From: a virus
Lineage: Duplodnaviria > Caudoviricetes
Virus record (IMG/VR): IMGVR_UViG_3300033069_001465
Length of the DNA: 64,000 nt
Reading direction: 5' to 3' (one strand)
Each line of letters opens with the position of its first letter. Within the stretch, counting starts at the first letter, position 1. This document shows, one piece after another, positions 50,206 to 59,456 of this stretch. A program made the translations under genes and the position numbers. A model generated the notes under the pieces. It searched no databases. It saw nothing but the letters and a program-made list of their open reading frames with translations, and was not told the origin of the DNA.

Positions 50206-50853
50206 CTATTTATTACTATTTATTTTCGCTTTTTTCCAATTTCTAGTCCAATGGTCGCTAGTTTGAACATGGCCCGATCTAACCCATTTCATAACATTAG
50301 ATGAGAAATCATCGTTGTGAAACATTTCTGCATTTCTAACTACAACTCCCTCAATTGGTCCACCTAATTTTGAAGGTTGACTTACTAATGATTCAGTAAT
50401 CTTTTGTAATTCTTTTTCAGAATTAACAATTCCCTTAAATAAAACCGGAACAGTTGGTAGGTCCAATAGATAAGCATACTCTTCAACTTCATCCCAGGAA
50501 ATCCATATGTTATTATCTCTAACTCCAAATATATAAAAGTAAGATTCTAAATTAGAATATTCAATACTATGTATGCCTTCCATATTTTCACCAAATAAAA
50601 AAACATCTTCTGATAAATCAGAGGAAATTCTTTGTTGAATTTGTCTAACTTCCTTTGACCAATTTGATGTAGTATAAGCCCCATGTGACCGAGCATATAC
50701 TCCGCCTTTGGTCATTCCTGTGTTTTCACCGTCTAACTTTTCAGTAATTACAATATCTATTCCGATTAATGACTCAGCAGAATCTGCAATTCTATCATCG
50801 TTAGTAGATCCTGGGCTAAAAAATAAATGTGATGTTCTTGGATATTTTGACAT
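50206..50853 (-). CDS. RNA ligase-family nucleotidyltransferase (Rnl2-like adenylation domain)
   Basis: KYPRTSH, TEKLDGEN, FGE, EGVVVR, KWVR; TATATTTGT upstream at 50870-50878. Confidence 0.8.
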   Translation of the reverse strand: MSKYPRTSHLFFSPGSTNDDRIADSAESLIGIDIVITEKLDGENTGMTKGGVYARSHGAYTTSNWSKEVRQIQQRISSDLSEDVFLFGENMEGIHSIEYSNLESYFYIFGVRDNNIWISWDEVEEYAYLLDLPTVPVLFKGIVNSEKELQKITESLVSQPSKLGGPIEGVVVRNAEMFHNDDFSSNVMKWVRSGHVQTSDHWTRNWKKAKINSNK

Positions 50854-50898
50854 TTTAAATTTAATATATACAAATATACAAAATTATATATTAAAAAA

Positions 50899-51639
50899 AT
50901 GAAAGGATTTATTTATGGTTTAATTTGTCCAATTAGAAATGAGATTAGATACATCGGATTAACTAAAAAGACACCAGAAAAAAGACTATCCCAACACTTA
51001 ATGGAATCTAAATACTACAAAAGGAAAGGAAAATACCTTAACAAAAAGCATAACTGGTTAAATAAACTTATAGAAATGAATATAGAGAAGGAAATTAAAG
51101 TAGTTGTATTAGAGGAAATTGAATATGGAAATAATATTGATATTTTATCCGAAAGAGAGATTTATTGGATATCAGTGTATAAAAATCTATCTAACTCGAC
51201 AGATGGTGGAGAAGGAGTATTGAACTTAAGTGAAGATGCTAGAAAAAGAATATCAATTACAAATTCAGGTGAAAAAAATGGTATGTATGGAAAAAGAATT
51301 AAAAGAACCAAAGAGCAAAAGAAAAAATTAAGCCTATCATTAAAAAATTCAAATAAGCTTAAAGAATCTAGATCATCAAATGAATACCGAAAAAAGATAT
51401 CTAATTACCGTTCAAAACCTGTCTTCTTGTTAAATGATAAGTTGGAAATTGTAATGGAGTTTAAAAATTCAACAATATGTGCTGATTACTTTGGATTTAC
51501 AAGGGGAAATATTAAAAATGCAATTAGTTCACTAAGGAAGGTGGGAAAATCTATGAAAAATAAATATTGGGTCATTAGAAAAGAAAACTATGAGGAGTCT
51601 ATTAATAAAATAAGAGAAAAAATAAATCTTTATAACTAA
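50899..51639 (+). CDS. GIY-YIG homing endonuclease
   Basis: FIYGL...RYIGLT...RLSQH; N.TDGGEG; NGMYGK. Confidence 0.85.
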   Translation: MKGFIYGLICPIRNEIRYIGLTKKTPEKRLSQHLMESKYYKRKGKYLNKKHNWLNKLIEMNIEKEIKVVVLEEIEYGNNIDILSEREIYWISVYKNLSNSTDGGEGVLNLSEDARKRISITNSGEKNGMYGKRIKRTKEQKKKLSLSLKNSNKLKESRSSNEYRKKISNYRSKPVFLLNDKLEIVMEFKNSTICADYFGFTRGNIKNAISSLRKVGKSMKNKYWVIRKENYEESINKIREKINLYN

Positions 51640-51651
51640 TATATACAAAAT

Positions 51652-52266
51652 ATGAATCACATTTTAATATTAGTGATAACTTCCCAGGATTAGAAAAAGA
51701 AGAGGGAGTCAAAAATGTTTTTATCATATTTAGGATGAATATAATTAAAAAATTTTTAAATTTCAAAAAAGATAAATTTCTAAATCGATCAAATTCATGG
51801 AAAAAAATATTGACCAATGATATTGAACTTTCAGTACAGCCAGGATTTATTCCTAACGAAGATACGGAAGAATTAGTTAATCTTGCTTTTAAAAAAATAT
51901 CAAAATTATCAAAAAAATATCATCTCGTAAATAATAAAGCAGAGTTATATCTTAAAAAATATGATCCCGATCCCGATACTATCAATAGGGATCTATTTCA
52001 AAAAAAATTTCTTGGTCAAAGAGATTTCTATTTTCAAGATGGAAAAAAATTTAATTTACCTAAAAAAATATTCACATCACATAAAATTCAGATTATCTGA
52101 CTCAGAAGATCTTACACCCAACATACCAAATAATATAAAGTCCGAAATAATAAATGATATTAAAATTGAATTTGAAAAAACAAGTAAGAGTATTTCTATT
52201 GATGAATTTCCAGACAGAGGATATATATTATTTGACATTATGATATTTTTAGATCCCCGTGTTTAA
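51652..52266 (+). pseudogene. Probably fragmented gene (ORFs 51735-52100 and 51961-52266)
   Basis: TAATATATA 51637-51645, out-of-frame ATG 51652 (MNHIL), then two overlapping same-strand frames. Confidence 0.4.
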
Positions 52267-53516
52267 TACAAACTTCTAACTTCTTTAATAACATTGAAGT
52301 ATCTTTCAGCACTTTTCTTCCATGTATTTTCTTCAATATAGTCATGTGCTTTATCTATGAACTGTTTTCTATAATCTTCGCTACTAAATAATTTATCGAT
52401 CTCAGTTGCTAATTCTTTATAATCACCAATTCTTATTGCATATCCTTCTATATCATCAAATAAATGTGATTTAGATGCAATGACAGGCATATTATATGAC
52501 ATTGCTATTTTAATTGCTCCTGATGATCCAAACACACTATTAGTAGGATCAGATACATATGGAAATATAACCATCTTAACTGTTTTTAAATAAATATCAA
52601 GCATCTCATCTTCTAAGAAACCTCTAATTAAAAGAACATTATCTTCTAATCCCTCCTTTTCAACCTTTTCGGATAATGTGTTATAGTAATATTCATGTAT
52701 TCCCTTATTAGTATCACTTTCAGAACAAACGTAAACATATAGAATATCTTTAAATTTTTCGTCAGTTTCTTTTAAGTATTTAATAGCATCTATTGCTATA
52801 TCCACTCCTTTATACTTAAACCCAAATCCAAATCCAAAAATTAAATAAGGAGTTTGGAAGATGTTCCAAACTTCTTCATATTTTTTAACCTCAGGACATC
52901 CGTGTGGAATTACAAATACATTACCTTTAAATTTAAGCCTTTTTAATAATCCTTTAGCATTATCCGAATGCACGATGACATTATCCAATACAGATAGTGG
53001 AATTATTTTATCTAAATGATCATATACACTATGTAACGCAACTATAACTGGAATATGTAATCTTTTTAATTCAGTAATAAAGGACATAAAAAATCCAGCC
53101 TTTGGAAATATTCCCCACTCATGCTGAATTAATATAAAATTAGGATTGTATTCTTTAATCTCATTTAATAGTTTTTTAAGATGTTCTCCTCTTTTCCAGC
53201 AATAAACAATATTTTCTTTAGTATCTTCCTCTTGACCAAAAGGAAGTTCGGAGAATATTTTATACTCATCAACAAGTAATTTTAATTCATCAAATATAAA
53301 CTTTGAATAGGTTGATATACCGCACTGTTGATTCCAATTACAAACATACCCTATTTTAATAGGGATGTCCTTGTCTTCTTTTTTAATAAACCTTTGATAT
53401 AGGCTTATAGGATCATCTGTATTTGTAACATGGCCTTTTGAATCCACTAATTCAAAATCAGATGTTGAGATAACCTTAACTGACTTGTCCTTTCCATAAG
53501 AAATGTACTTTTTCAC
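52263..53516 (-). CDS. GT-B (GT4-like) glycosyltransferase
   Basis: CGISTYS, IQHEWGIF, IPHG, FGF...YKG, FPY...SSGA. Confidence 0.85.
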   Translation of the reverse strand: MKKYISYGKDKSVKVISTSDFELVDSKGHVTNTDDPISLYQRFIKKEDKDIPIKIGYVCNWNQQCGISTYSKFIFDELKLLVDEYKIFSELPFGQEEDTKENIVYCWKRGEHLKKLLNEIKEYNPNFILIQHEWGIFPKAGFFMSFITELKRLHIPVIVALHSVYDHLDKIIPLSVLDNVIVHSDNAKGLLKRLKFKGNVFVIPHGCPEVKKYEEVWNIFQTPYLIFGFGFGFKYKGVDIAIDAIKYLKETDEKFKDILYVYVCSESDTNKGIHEYYYNTLSEKVEKEGLEDNVLLIRGFLEDEMLDIYLKTVKMVIFPYVSDPTNSVFGSSGAIKIAMSYNMPVIASKSHLFDDIEGYAIRIGDYKELATEIDKLFSSEDYRKQFIDKAHDYIEENTWKKSAERYFNVIKEVRSLY

Positions 53517-54465
53517 GATATTCTTCTTTAATTTTTTCTCTATCTATATTCATCACTTCAGAGTTATTAATATGTTTATTCAACTCTGAAGCTGAAAAAT
53601 TCCAATAATCTATATAACCTTTTCCTATTGTATCACAAAATCCGCTCATTTTATCATGAAAGCTGATTGTAACAGTTGGGATATTATTTCCTAATCCAAA
53701 TATTAATCCATGAAACCTACTAGAAATAATCATATCGCTTGCAGATATAATATCTATTGAATCACTAACTGATAAGCTATCGTATATTACACAATTTTTT
53801 TTATAAAATTTAGAATATGAGTTAACCAATCCATTAGATATTCTATCATCCCAAGGCAATGACGTTGAAAATGGTAAAAATAAAAATGACGCAGATGTAC
53901 TATCTATACATTCAACCGTATCGTTTATCATTTTAAAAAACATTATTTTATCCTTAAAAGATGTATTAGAGTTCCCGACTAAATGTGAATTAACAACAAT
54001 AGTATAAACTTTATTATATTTATCACATTTATTTTTTTCAAATAATTGTGATATTAATTTATTACCGTTTTCTTTATCTCCTCCTAGAATAATGGAAATA
54101 TCTGGAATATATGTTACCTTATTATATCCAAATTTAACTAAATTATCATATGATGACATATCGCGTACATATATATGATCTAATATATGAATATCTGGGA
54201 ATAGTGATAAGGAGGTTATGGTTACTGATATTGATATTTTAGGACAATTGAGTCTGGAAATATGCTTAAGGCTCTTTTCTCTTATAACATCACCACCTCC
54301 TATAATACATAGATCATACTTATTTACATCCTCATCTAAAACCTTATCTGAAAATGTAAATTCATGTTCTGGCCATGTCTTCTTAAATGAAGATTTATAG
54401 CTTTCGTCCCCTAAGTTATCATGGTTGTACCAACCATAAACGAAAATAATCATTTTATAAACCAA
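53476..54465 (-). CDS. Polysaccharide pyruvyl transferase-family protein
   Basis: GWYNHDNLGD, IIGGGD, VRD..S, PD, SSRFHGLI. Confidence 0.85.
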   Translation of the reverse strand: MVYKMIIFVYGWYNHDNLGDESYKSSFKKTWPEHEFTFSDKVLDEDVNKYDLCIIGGGDVIREKSLKHISRLNCPKISISVTITSLSLFPDIHILDHIYVRDMSSYDNLVKFGYNKVTYIPDISIILGGDKENGNKLISQLFEKNKCDKYNKVYTIVVNSHLVGNSNTSFKDKIMFFKMINDTVECIDSTSASFLFLPFSTSLPWDDRISNGLVNSYSKFYKKNCVIYDSLSVSDSIDIISASDMIISSRFHGLIFGLGNNIPTVTISFHDKMSGFCDTIGKGYIDYWNFSASELNKHINNSEVMNIDREKIKEEYREKVHFLWKGQVS

Positions 54466-54734
54466 TAGACTTTTCTACTATTTGACTCGATGTGAGCTAG
54501 TATAATGAACCCATGACGAACTTCTTTATCTTTAACAGTAAACATGTCGTTATCTAAATAACTACAAGTCGGGTCTGAATCATCTACAATGTGTATCCAC
54601 ACTTTTTCGTGCGATTCGCATTTAGTTCTAACGAATACTTCATGGTCTCCTGTTGTGAATTCAATGATTCCCTTTTTTGTTATGAATTCTTCAAATAGTT
54701 TTTTCTGGATTTTTTTAAAAAAATTGTCTGACAT
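54450..54734 (-). CDS. Hypothetical protein
   Basis: ORF track gives 54450-54869; likely start MSDNFF. Confidence 0.5.
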   Translation of the reverse strand: MSDNFFKKIQKKLFEEFITKKGIIEFTTGDHEVFVRTKCESHEKVWIHIVDDSDPTCSYLDNDMFTVKDKEVRHGFIILAHIESNSRKVYWFIK

Positions 54735-54966
54735 TTTAATTATTTTTTTATTTATTTTATACATTAGGCCAAATAGCTTAAAAGTATAATAATAAAAAAG
54801 AATACGTAAGACGCTTTTCTTTTTTGTCTGGCGAGTATTATGCACCTCATATCTATTTTTTACTAACATATTAAATTACTTTTTCTTATATATTAATAAA
54901 ATAATTAGAAATCACACGAATACCTTAAAAAACAATAAAATTTTTTGAATTAATATTAATTTAACA

Positions 54967-55632
54967 TTACTTTCTTTTAGAAATAATTTCATCAATCATA
55001 CCATATCTTTTTGCTTCAGTAGCATTCATCCAATAATCTCTGTCTCCATCTTGAGAAACCTTATCATATGCTTGACCTGTCATTTCAGAAATGATTTCAT
55101 ATAAGTCTTTTTTAAGATTGTTTATTTGTCTAGCATCAATCTCGATATCAGATGCTTGTGCAAATCCAGTGTAACCTAATGGCTGATGTATCATTGTTCT
55201 TGATCTTTTTAAAGCCTTTCTTTTGCCTTTTGTTCCACTACATAATATAAGTGCTGCCATAGAAGCCGCTAATCCTGTGTTAATTGTAATTATATCCGGC
55301 TTAACAAACTCAATTGTATCTAGTAACCCTAGTCCCGAATAAACAGATCCTCCGGGTGAATCAATGTATATTTTAATATCATCATCTCCTATCTGTTCTA
55401 AATAGAGTAGTTGTGCTTTTATTAAATTACAAACGTCTGACTCCATTTCGGTAGATAAAAATATGATTCGACTTTCTACCAGTTTAGAATAAACATCTAC
55501 TATAACTCCATTTATGTTATCATCTATTATATGGTGAGTATTGTTTTGATAGTTATAATAGTCGTCTACTACAAGGCTATTTATTCTATGATGTTTGGTG
55601 AGGTAATTTCTAAAATCTTTTTGATTGTTCAT
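54967..55632 (-). CDS. clpP: ATP-dependent Clp protease proteolytic subunit
   Basis: YIDSPGGSV, AASMAA (Ser), MIHQP (His), DRDYWM (Asp). Confidence 0.95.
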   Translation of the reverse strand: MNNQKDFRNYLTKHHRINSLVVDDYYNYQNNTHHIIDDNINGVIVDVYSKLVESRIIFLSTEMESDVCNLIKAQLLYLEQIGDDDIKIYIDSPGGSVYSGLGLLDTIEFVKPDIITINTGLAASMAALILCSGTKGKRKALKRSRTMIHQPLGYTGFAQASDIEIDARQINNLKKDLYEIISEMTGQAYDKVSQDGDRDYWMNATEAKRYGMIDEIISKRK

Positions 55633-55711
55633 GTAGTATATATATATCTTTTTGAATTTTACAAAATACGAAAATAAAAGTTTAATATATAAAAGAAAAT
55701 AATAAAAAAGT

Positions 55712-56056
55712 ATGAAAACAACAATTGAAATTCATGGTTACCAAATAGTAATTGAAGAATCTGAAGGTAATATATCAGTTAGTGCGTTGAAAGATGACGA
55801 AACTGTTGAGGAATTTACTTTAGAAGGTGAAGAAGGTGAAGAAGTAGAAGGTGAGGAAGGATTACACGCTTTTGGTGATGAAGAAGCTCAAGAGGGTGAC
55901 TTCGATGATGCAGAAGATTTTGAAGGTGAAGAGGGAGAAGTAGGAGAGATGGAAGAACCTTCAGAAGGGGACGAAGATTATGAAGAAGACCTTGAAGATG
56001 TTGAAGAAGAAGGTAAATTAGAATCCTTTAATTCATTCATCCAAAAAAGAAAATAA
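55712..56056 (+). CDS. Highly acidic protein ending in a leader-like motif
   Basis: Glu/Asp-rich; KLESFNSF at C-terminus; TAATATATA 55683-55691. Confidence 0.75.
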   Translation: MKTTIEIHGYQIVIEESEGNISVSALKDDETVEEFTLEGEEGEEVEGEEGLHAFGDEEAQEGDFDDAEDFEGEEGEVGEMEEPSEGDEDYEEDLEDVEEEGKLESFNSFIQKRK

Positions 56057-56063
56057 TTATTAA

Positions 56064-57140
56064 ATGATTAGAAGATATTACGAGTATCTTTTGGAAAGTT
56101 CACCTGGCATAGATCTAAAGTATTTAGCACTAGATTGGGATGATAATATTCTACATATGCCAACCTTTATTCACTTAGACCATCTAGTAGATGGTGAATG
56201 GGTGCATGAGCCTGTTTCCACTGCGAAGTTTGCGACTGTTAGAAATGATAAAGTAAACTGGAGGTACAGAGATGATTCATTTTCCGAATTTAGAGATTTT
56301 GGGCCTAGAGGTGAAACAGCTTTCCTTGAAGACACCATTTCTGCTATAAATAATGGAGATTTTGGACCTAGTTGGGATGCATTTATTGAATATTTATCTC
56401 AAGGCACTATCTTTGCTATAATTACAGCAAGAGGGCATGAACCAAATGCAATTAAAATGGCAGTAGAATATATTATAGATAATATATTAACTGAAAATCA
56501 AAAACATAGTTTATATGCACATTGTTTAAAGTTTGCATATTTATTTGGAGCTGATTATGACTCATATGATAGAATACCAAGAGGACAGCTTAGTAAAACC
56601 AAACTAATTCAAGACTATTTAAATAGTTGTGATTATTATGGAGTTTCCTCTAATTTCTGTATTAAGAAATTTGGATTAGGCGATGCTGGCAATCCAGAAA
56701 AAGGAAAAGAAATGGCAATTAAAGAATTTACTAAACAAGTAAATGAATTTGGTCAAAAAATTGGTGCTAAAAGTGTTTCCCTAGGATTCTCTGATGATGA
56801 TGTTAAAAATGTTAAACACATTGAAAAACTATTTAGAGATGAATTATCATTAAAATATTTAATCAATTATAATATTTATGATACATCCAAAAGAGAAATA
56901 AAAGGTGGGGTTAGAACTAAAATAGATCCTCAAGTAGTAGAATCAACAACATCTTGGGGGAATGGTGCTGGAACTTGGGGAACAGATAGTAGTGTTATTC
57001 CATTCACAAAATGGAACAACATGACTCAAAATCTTTATCCAAATAGCAAAGATTTTTCAAATGATGATTATCATAATCAATTTAAAAATCAGATAGGTCA
57101 ATTAAAAGATCTAACCGTTGTAGATAAAAAAAAAGTATAA
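56064..57140 (+). CDS. HAD-superfamily phosphatase-like protein, leader variant
   Basis: LDWDDNIL, IITARGH, K, GFSDDD; MIRRYYEYLLES. Confidence 0.7.
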   Translation: MIRRYYEYLLESSPGIDLKYLALDWDDNILHMPTFIHLDHLVDGEWVHEPVSTAKFATVRNDKVNWRYRDDSFSEFRDFGPRGETAFLEDTISAINNGDFGPSWDAFIEYLSQGTIFAIITARGHEPNAIKMAVEYIIDNILTENQKHSLYAHCLKFAYLFGADYDSYDRIPRGQLSKTKLIQDYLNSCDYYGVSSNFCIKKFGLGDAGNPEKGKEMAIKEFTKQVNEFGQKIGAKSVSLGFSDDDVKNVKHIEKLFRDELSLKYLINYNIYDTSKREIKGGVRTKIDPQVVESTTSWGNGAGTWGTDSSVIPFTKWNNMTQNLYPNSKDFSNDDYHNQFKNQIGQLKDLTVVDKKKV

Positions 57141-57143
57141 GAG

Positions 57144-57425
57144 ATGAGAAACATTCTAAAATTCGAAGGTTTCGTAAAAGAAAATTACGAAATAAAAGAG
57201 GAACTAAACGTGGATGAAACAAAAGTTTCACATTCTTCTTTAGATGATTTAATTAAACAACTTTCTGAATTACAGAATGTTTATGATATAAATGATTTAA
57301 AATCAATGAATGATACACAATTAAAGAATTTATATAGTGAGGTTTTAAATGCTAAAGAAGAAGATTCTAAATCCGAAATTGAACCAACTTCTGAGTTAGA
57401 ATATGAGTCTAAAAATTGGAAATAA
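57144..57425 (+). CDS. Small leader-bearing acidic protein
   Basis: MRNILKFEGFVKE. Confidence 0.7.
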   Translation: MRNILKFEGFVKENYEIKEELNVDETKVSHSSLDDLIKQLSELQNVYDINDLKSMNDTQLKNLYSEVLNAKEEDSKSEIEPTSELEYESKNWK

Positions 57426-57437
57426 ATTTGATTAAAT

Positions 57438-57467
57438 AAAAAACCCTTCCAATCAGAAGGGTTTTTT
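57438..57467. terminator. Bidirectional intrinsic terminator
   Basis: AAAAAACCCTTC-CAATCA-GAAGGGTTTTTT between convergent genes. Confidence 0.85.
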
Positions 57468-57469
57468 AT

Positions 57470-59419
57470 TTATAATATTCTATATTTGTTTGTCGCTAAA
57501 TCTTTTTTAAGTTCATTAAGTAATCCTGCACATTCAGGGCAAAGTTCTTTATCACTTCCTTTAGGTCTATCTCCGGTACCATTACAAACATCACATTTAA
57601 CTTTACCGCCTTTACAAGTTTTACATTTGCCAAGTTTTCCACTCCCTTTACAATCTTTACACTCTCCCTTGCTTCCACTTCCATTACAATCTTTACACTC
57701 TATACTACCCCAATTACATTTTGTACATCTTTTAGTACCTTGTCCTTTACATGTCCTACATTCAATTTGCCCGGGGTCGTCTTCATCTTTACAAGTTTTA
57801 CAAAGTATTACTCCTTCTCCATCACATTGTTTACACGGTACCTCAAGTCTATTAGTCCATGTTCTATTCCATCCTATTACAGAACATGATTTACAACGAC
57901 ATCCTTCTTTCCCAATTTCGCCGCTTGTTGTTTTTCTTGCCCCACCACAATCAGGACACTTAACTCTTCTAGTTCCTTTACCCCATTTTCTTACTATTTC
58001 ACCAACACCTTTACATCCAGTACAAGTAATTGGCTCTCCTTTACAATCAGCACAAGTAACATATGAGTGGCCATCACACGCCTTACATTCACCCATATCA
58101 CCTTCACCATGACAGGTATTACATTCTTTGTGTCCATTCCCATCACAATCAGCACAATTTATATCTCCCTCCCCGTTACAGTCTGTACAATTAACATCTC
58201 CATCTCCATCACAAGTAATACATTTTATATCTCCGCCTCCATCACACTTTGTGCATATTATATTACCACCACCTCGACATATTGTACAGACCACCTCACC
58301 ATCTCCATCACATTTTTTACATTCCGTCCCATCATCATCATCATATCCTGTTCCATCACAATTGCTACAAGGTTCATGATCTCCTTCTGTATCACACATA
58401 ATAAATCCTTCATCAGCATCATCGTCATCATCATCAATAGTAAACCCAACATTACTTATCATTGAATCACCATCTGAAAAAGATAGTGTATCTACAAATG
58501 GGTATTTACTAAAATGTAATCTATGAAGTTTAACTATTAATTTACCAAAAATTATTTGATCTCCATATTTAAATATTAATCCTAATCTTTCATCTGAAGT
58601 CATTTTTTGTTTATAAATCCATCCTTTTTCTTTAGCATAATTTATAAATTTAATAACATCAGAATCATTAGCAGTGTATACTCTATCCATAAAATATTCT
58701 GATTCACACTCAAATTTAGTTTGATCAGGTGTTTTATATAATTCTTTTTTGAAAATTTTCCATACAAGAGCTCTTCCCAATACTTTACCTTGTTCATCAA
58801 GATAAACTAATAATTGGCAAGCTTCTGGATTCTTTGTGTAAATTTTAAAGTATCTCTGACAATCATTACCTCTCATACAAGATCCACCCAATGATCCAGT
58901 ATTTTTCGAATAGTTGCTATATAAATAATATTTCTTAATTAGTGATCCACTAACTAATTCAAATTTTTTAGATGTGTCTACTTTTGATGATTTATAGATA
59001 TTAACGAAGTTTTCAATATCCTTATCACTAACTGTTTTACCTAACTCAGTTAGAATTGCTCTTGCAAATCTACCAACTTTAACTTCATTTCTACTTTTAG
59101 ACGTAAATATTAACTCTGGATCACCGCCCGCATGCATTATCTTATTAGCTCCCCTATCTGCCATAAAGCTAACGGTATCCTCTTTATCTGTTATATCAAC
59201 CCAGTTTTGTGGTAGATCCTTATCAATAAATGTTTTATCGGAAAATGCTTTTAAAAGGTCAATAGCGATATGATTATTATTTATACCTGATAATCGGGTA
59301 AGAAACTTATCAGATGCCATTAAATTTCCTTCAAGTAATAATTTAGCAATTTTACTTTCTAATAAGAAATTGTCAAATTTTAATATACTCTCATGAGTAT
59401 GATTGGTATTTTTACACAT
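57470..59419 (-). CDS. Protein with globular N-domain and about 22 DnaJ-type CxxCxGxG zinc-finger repeats
   Basis: Repeats from CSNCDGTG to CPECAG; no HPD J-domain; ILKFDNFLLES near N-terminus. Confidence 0.75.
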   Translation of the reverse strand: MCKNTNHTHESILKFDNFLLESKIAKLLLEGNLMASDKFLTRLSGINNNHIAIDLLKAFSDKTFIDKDLPQNWVDITDKEDTVSFMADRGANKIMHAGGDPELIFTSKSRNEVKVGRFARAILTELGKTVSDKDIENFVNIYKSSKVDTSKKFELVSGSLIKKYYLYSNYSKNTGSLGGSCMRGNDCQRYFKIYTKNPEACQLLVYLDEQGKVLGRALVWKIFKKELYKTPDQTKFECESEYFMDRVYTANDSDVIKFINYAKEKGWIYKQKMTSDERLGLIFKYGDQIIFGKLIVKLHRLHFSKYPFVDTLSFSDGDSMISNVGFTIDDDDDDADEGFIMCDTEGDHEPCSNCDGTGYDDDDGTECKKCDGDGEVVCTICRGGGNIICTKCDGGGDIKCITCDGDGDVNCTDCNGEGDINCADCDGNGHKECNTCHGEGDMGECKACDGHSYVTCADCKGEPITCTGCKGVGEIVRKWGKGTRRVKCPDCGGARKTTSGEIGKEGCRCKSCSVIGWNRTWTNRLEVPCKQCDGEGVILCKTCKDEDDPGQIECRTCKGQGTKRCTKCNWGSIECKDCNGSGSKGECKDCKGSGKLGKCKTCKGGKVKCDVCNGTGDRPKGSDKELCPECAGLLNELKKDLATNKYRIL

Positions 59420-59456
59420 ATAATTATATATATTAAAAATACCATCGAAAAAAAAA

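Noticed and set aside
36179-55632. Bacterial chromosome origin suggested by dnaK, clpP and glycosyltransferases
   Set aside because: No grpE/dnaJ/clpX/tig context; surrounded by T4-like primase, gp47, Rnl1, virion genes and homing endonucleases.
57486-58465. Overlapping ORFs inside the zinc-finger repeat gene
   Set aside because: Artefacts of repetitive Cys/Gly codons in other frames and on the opposite strand.
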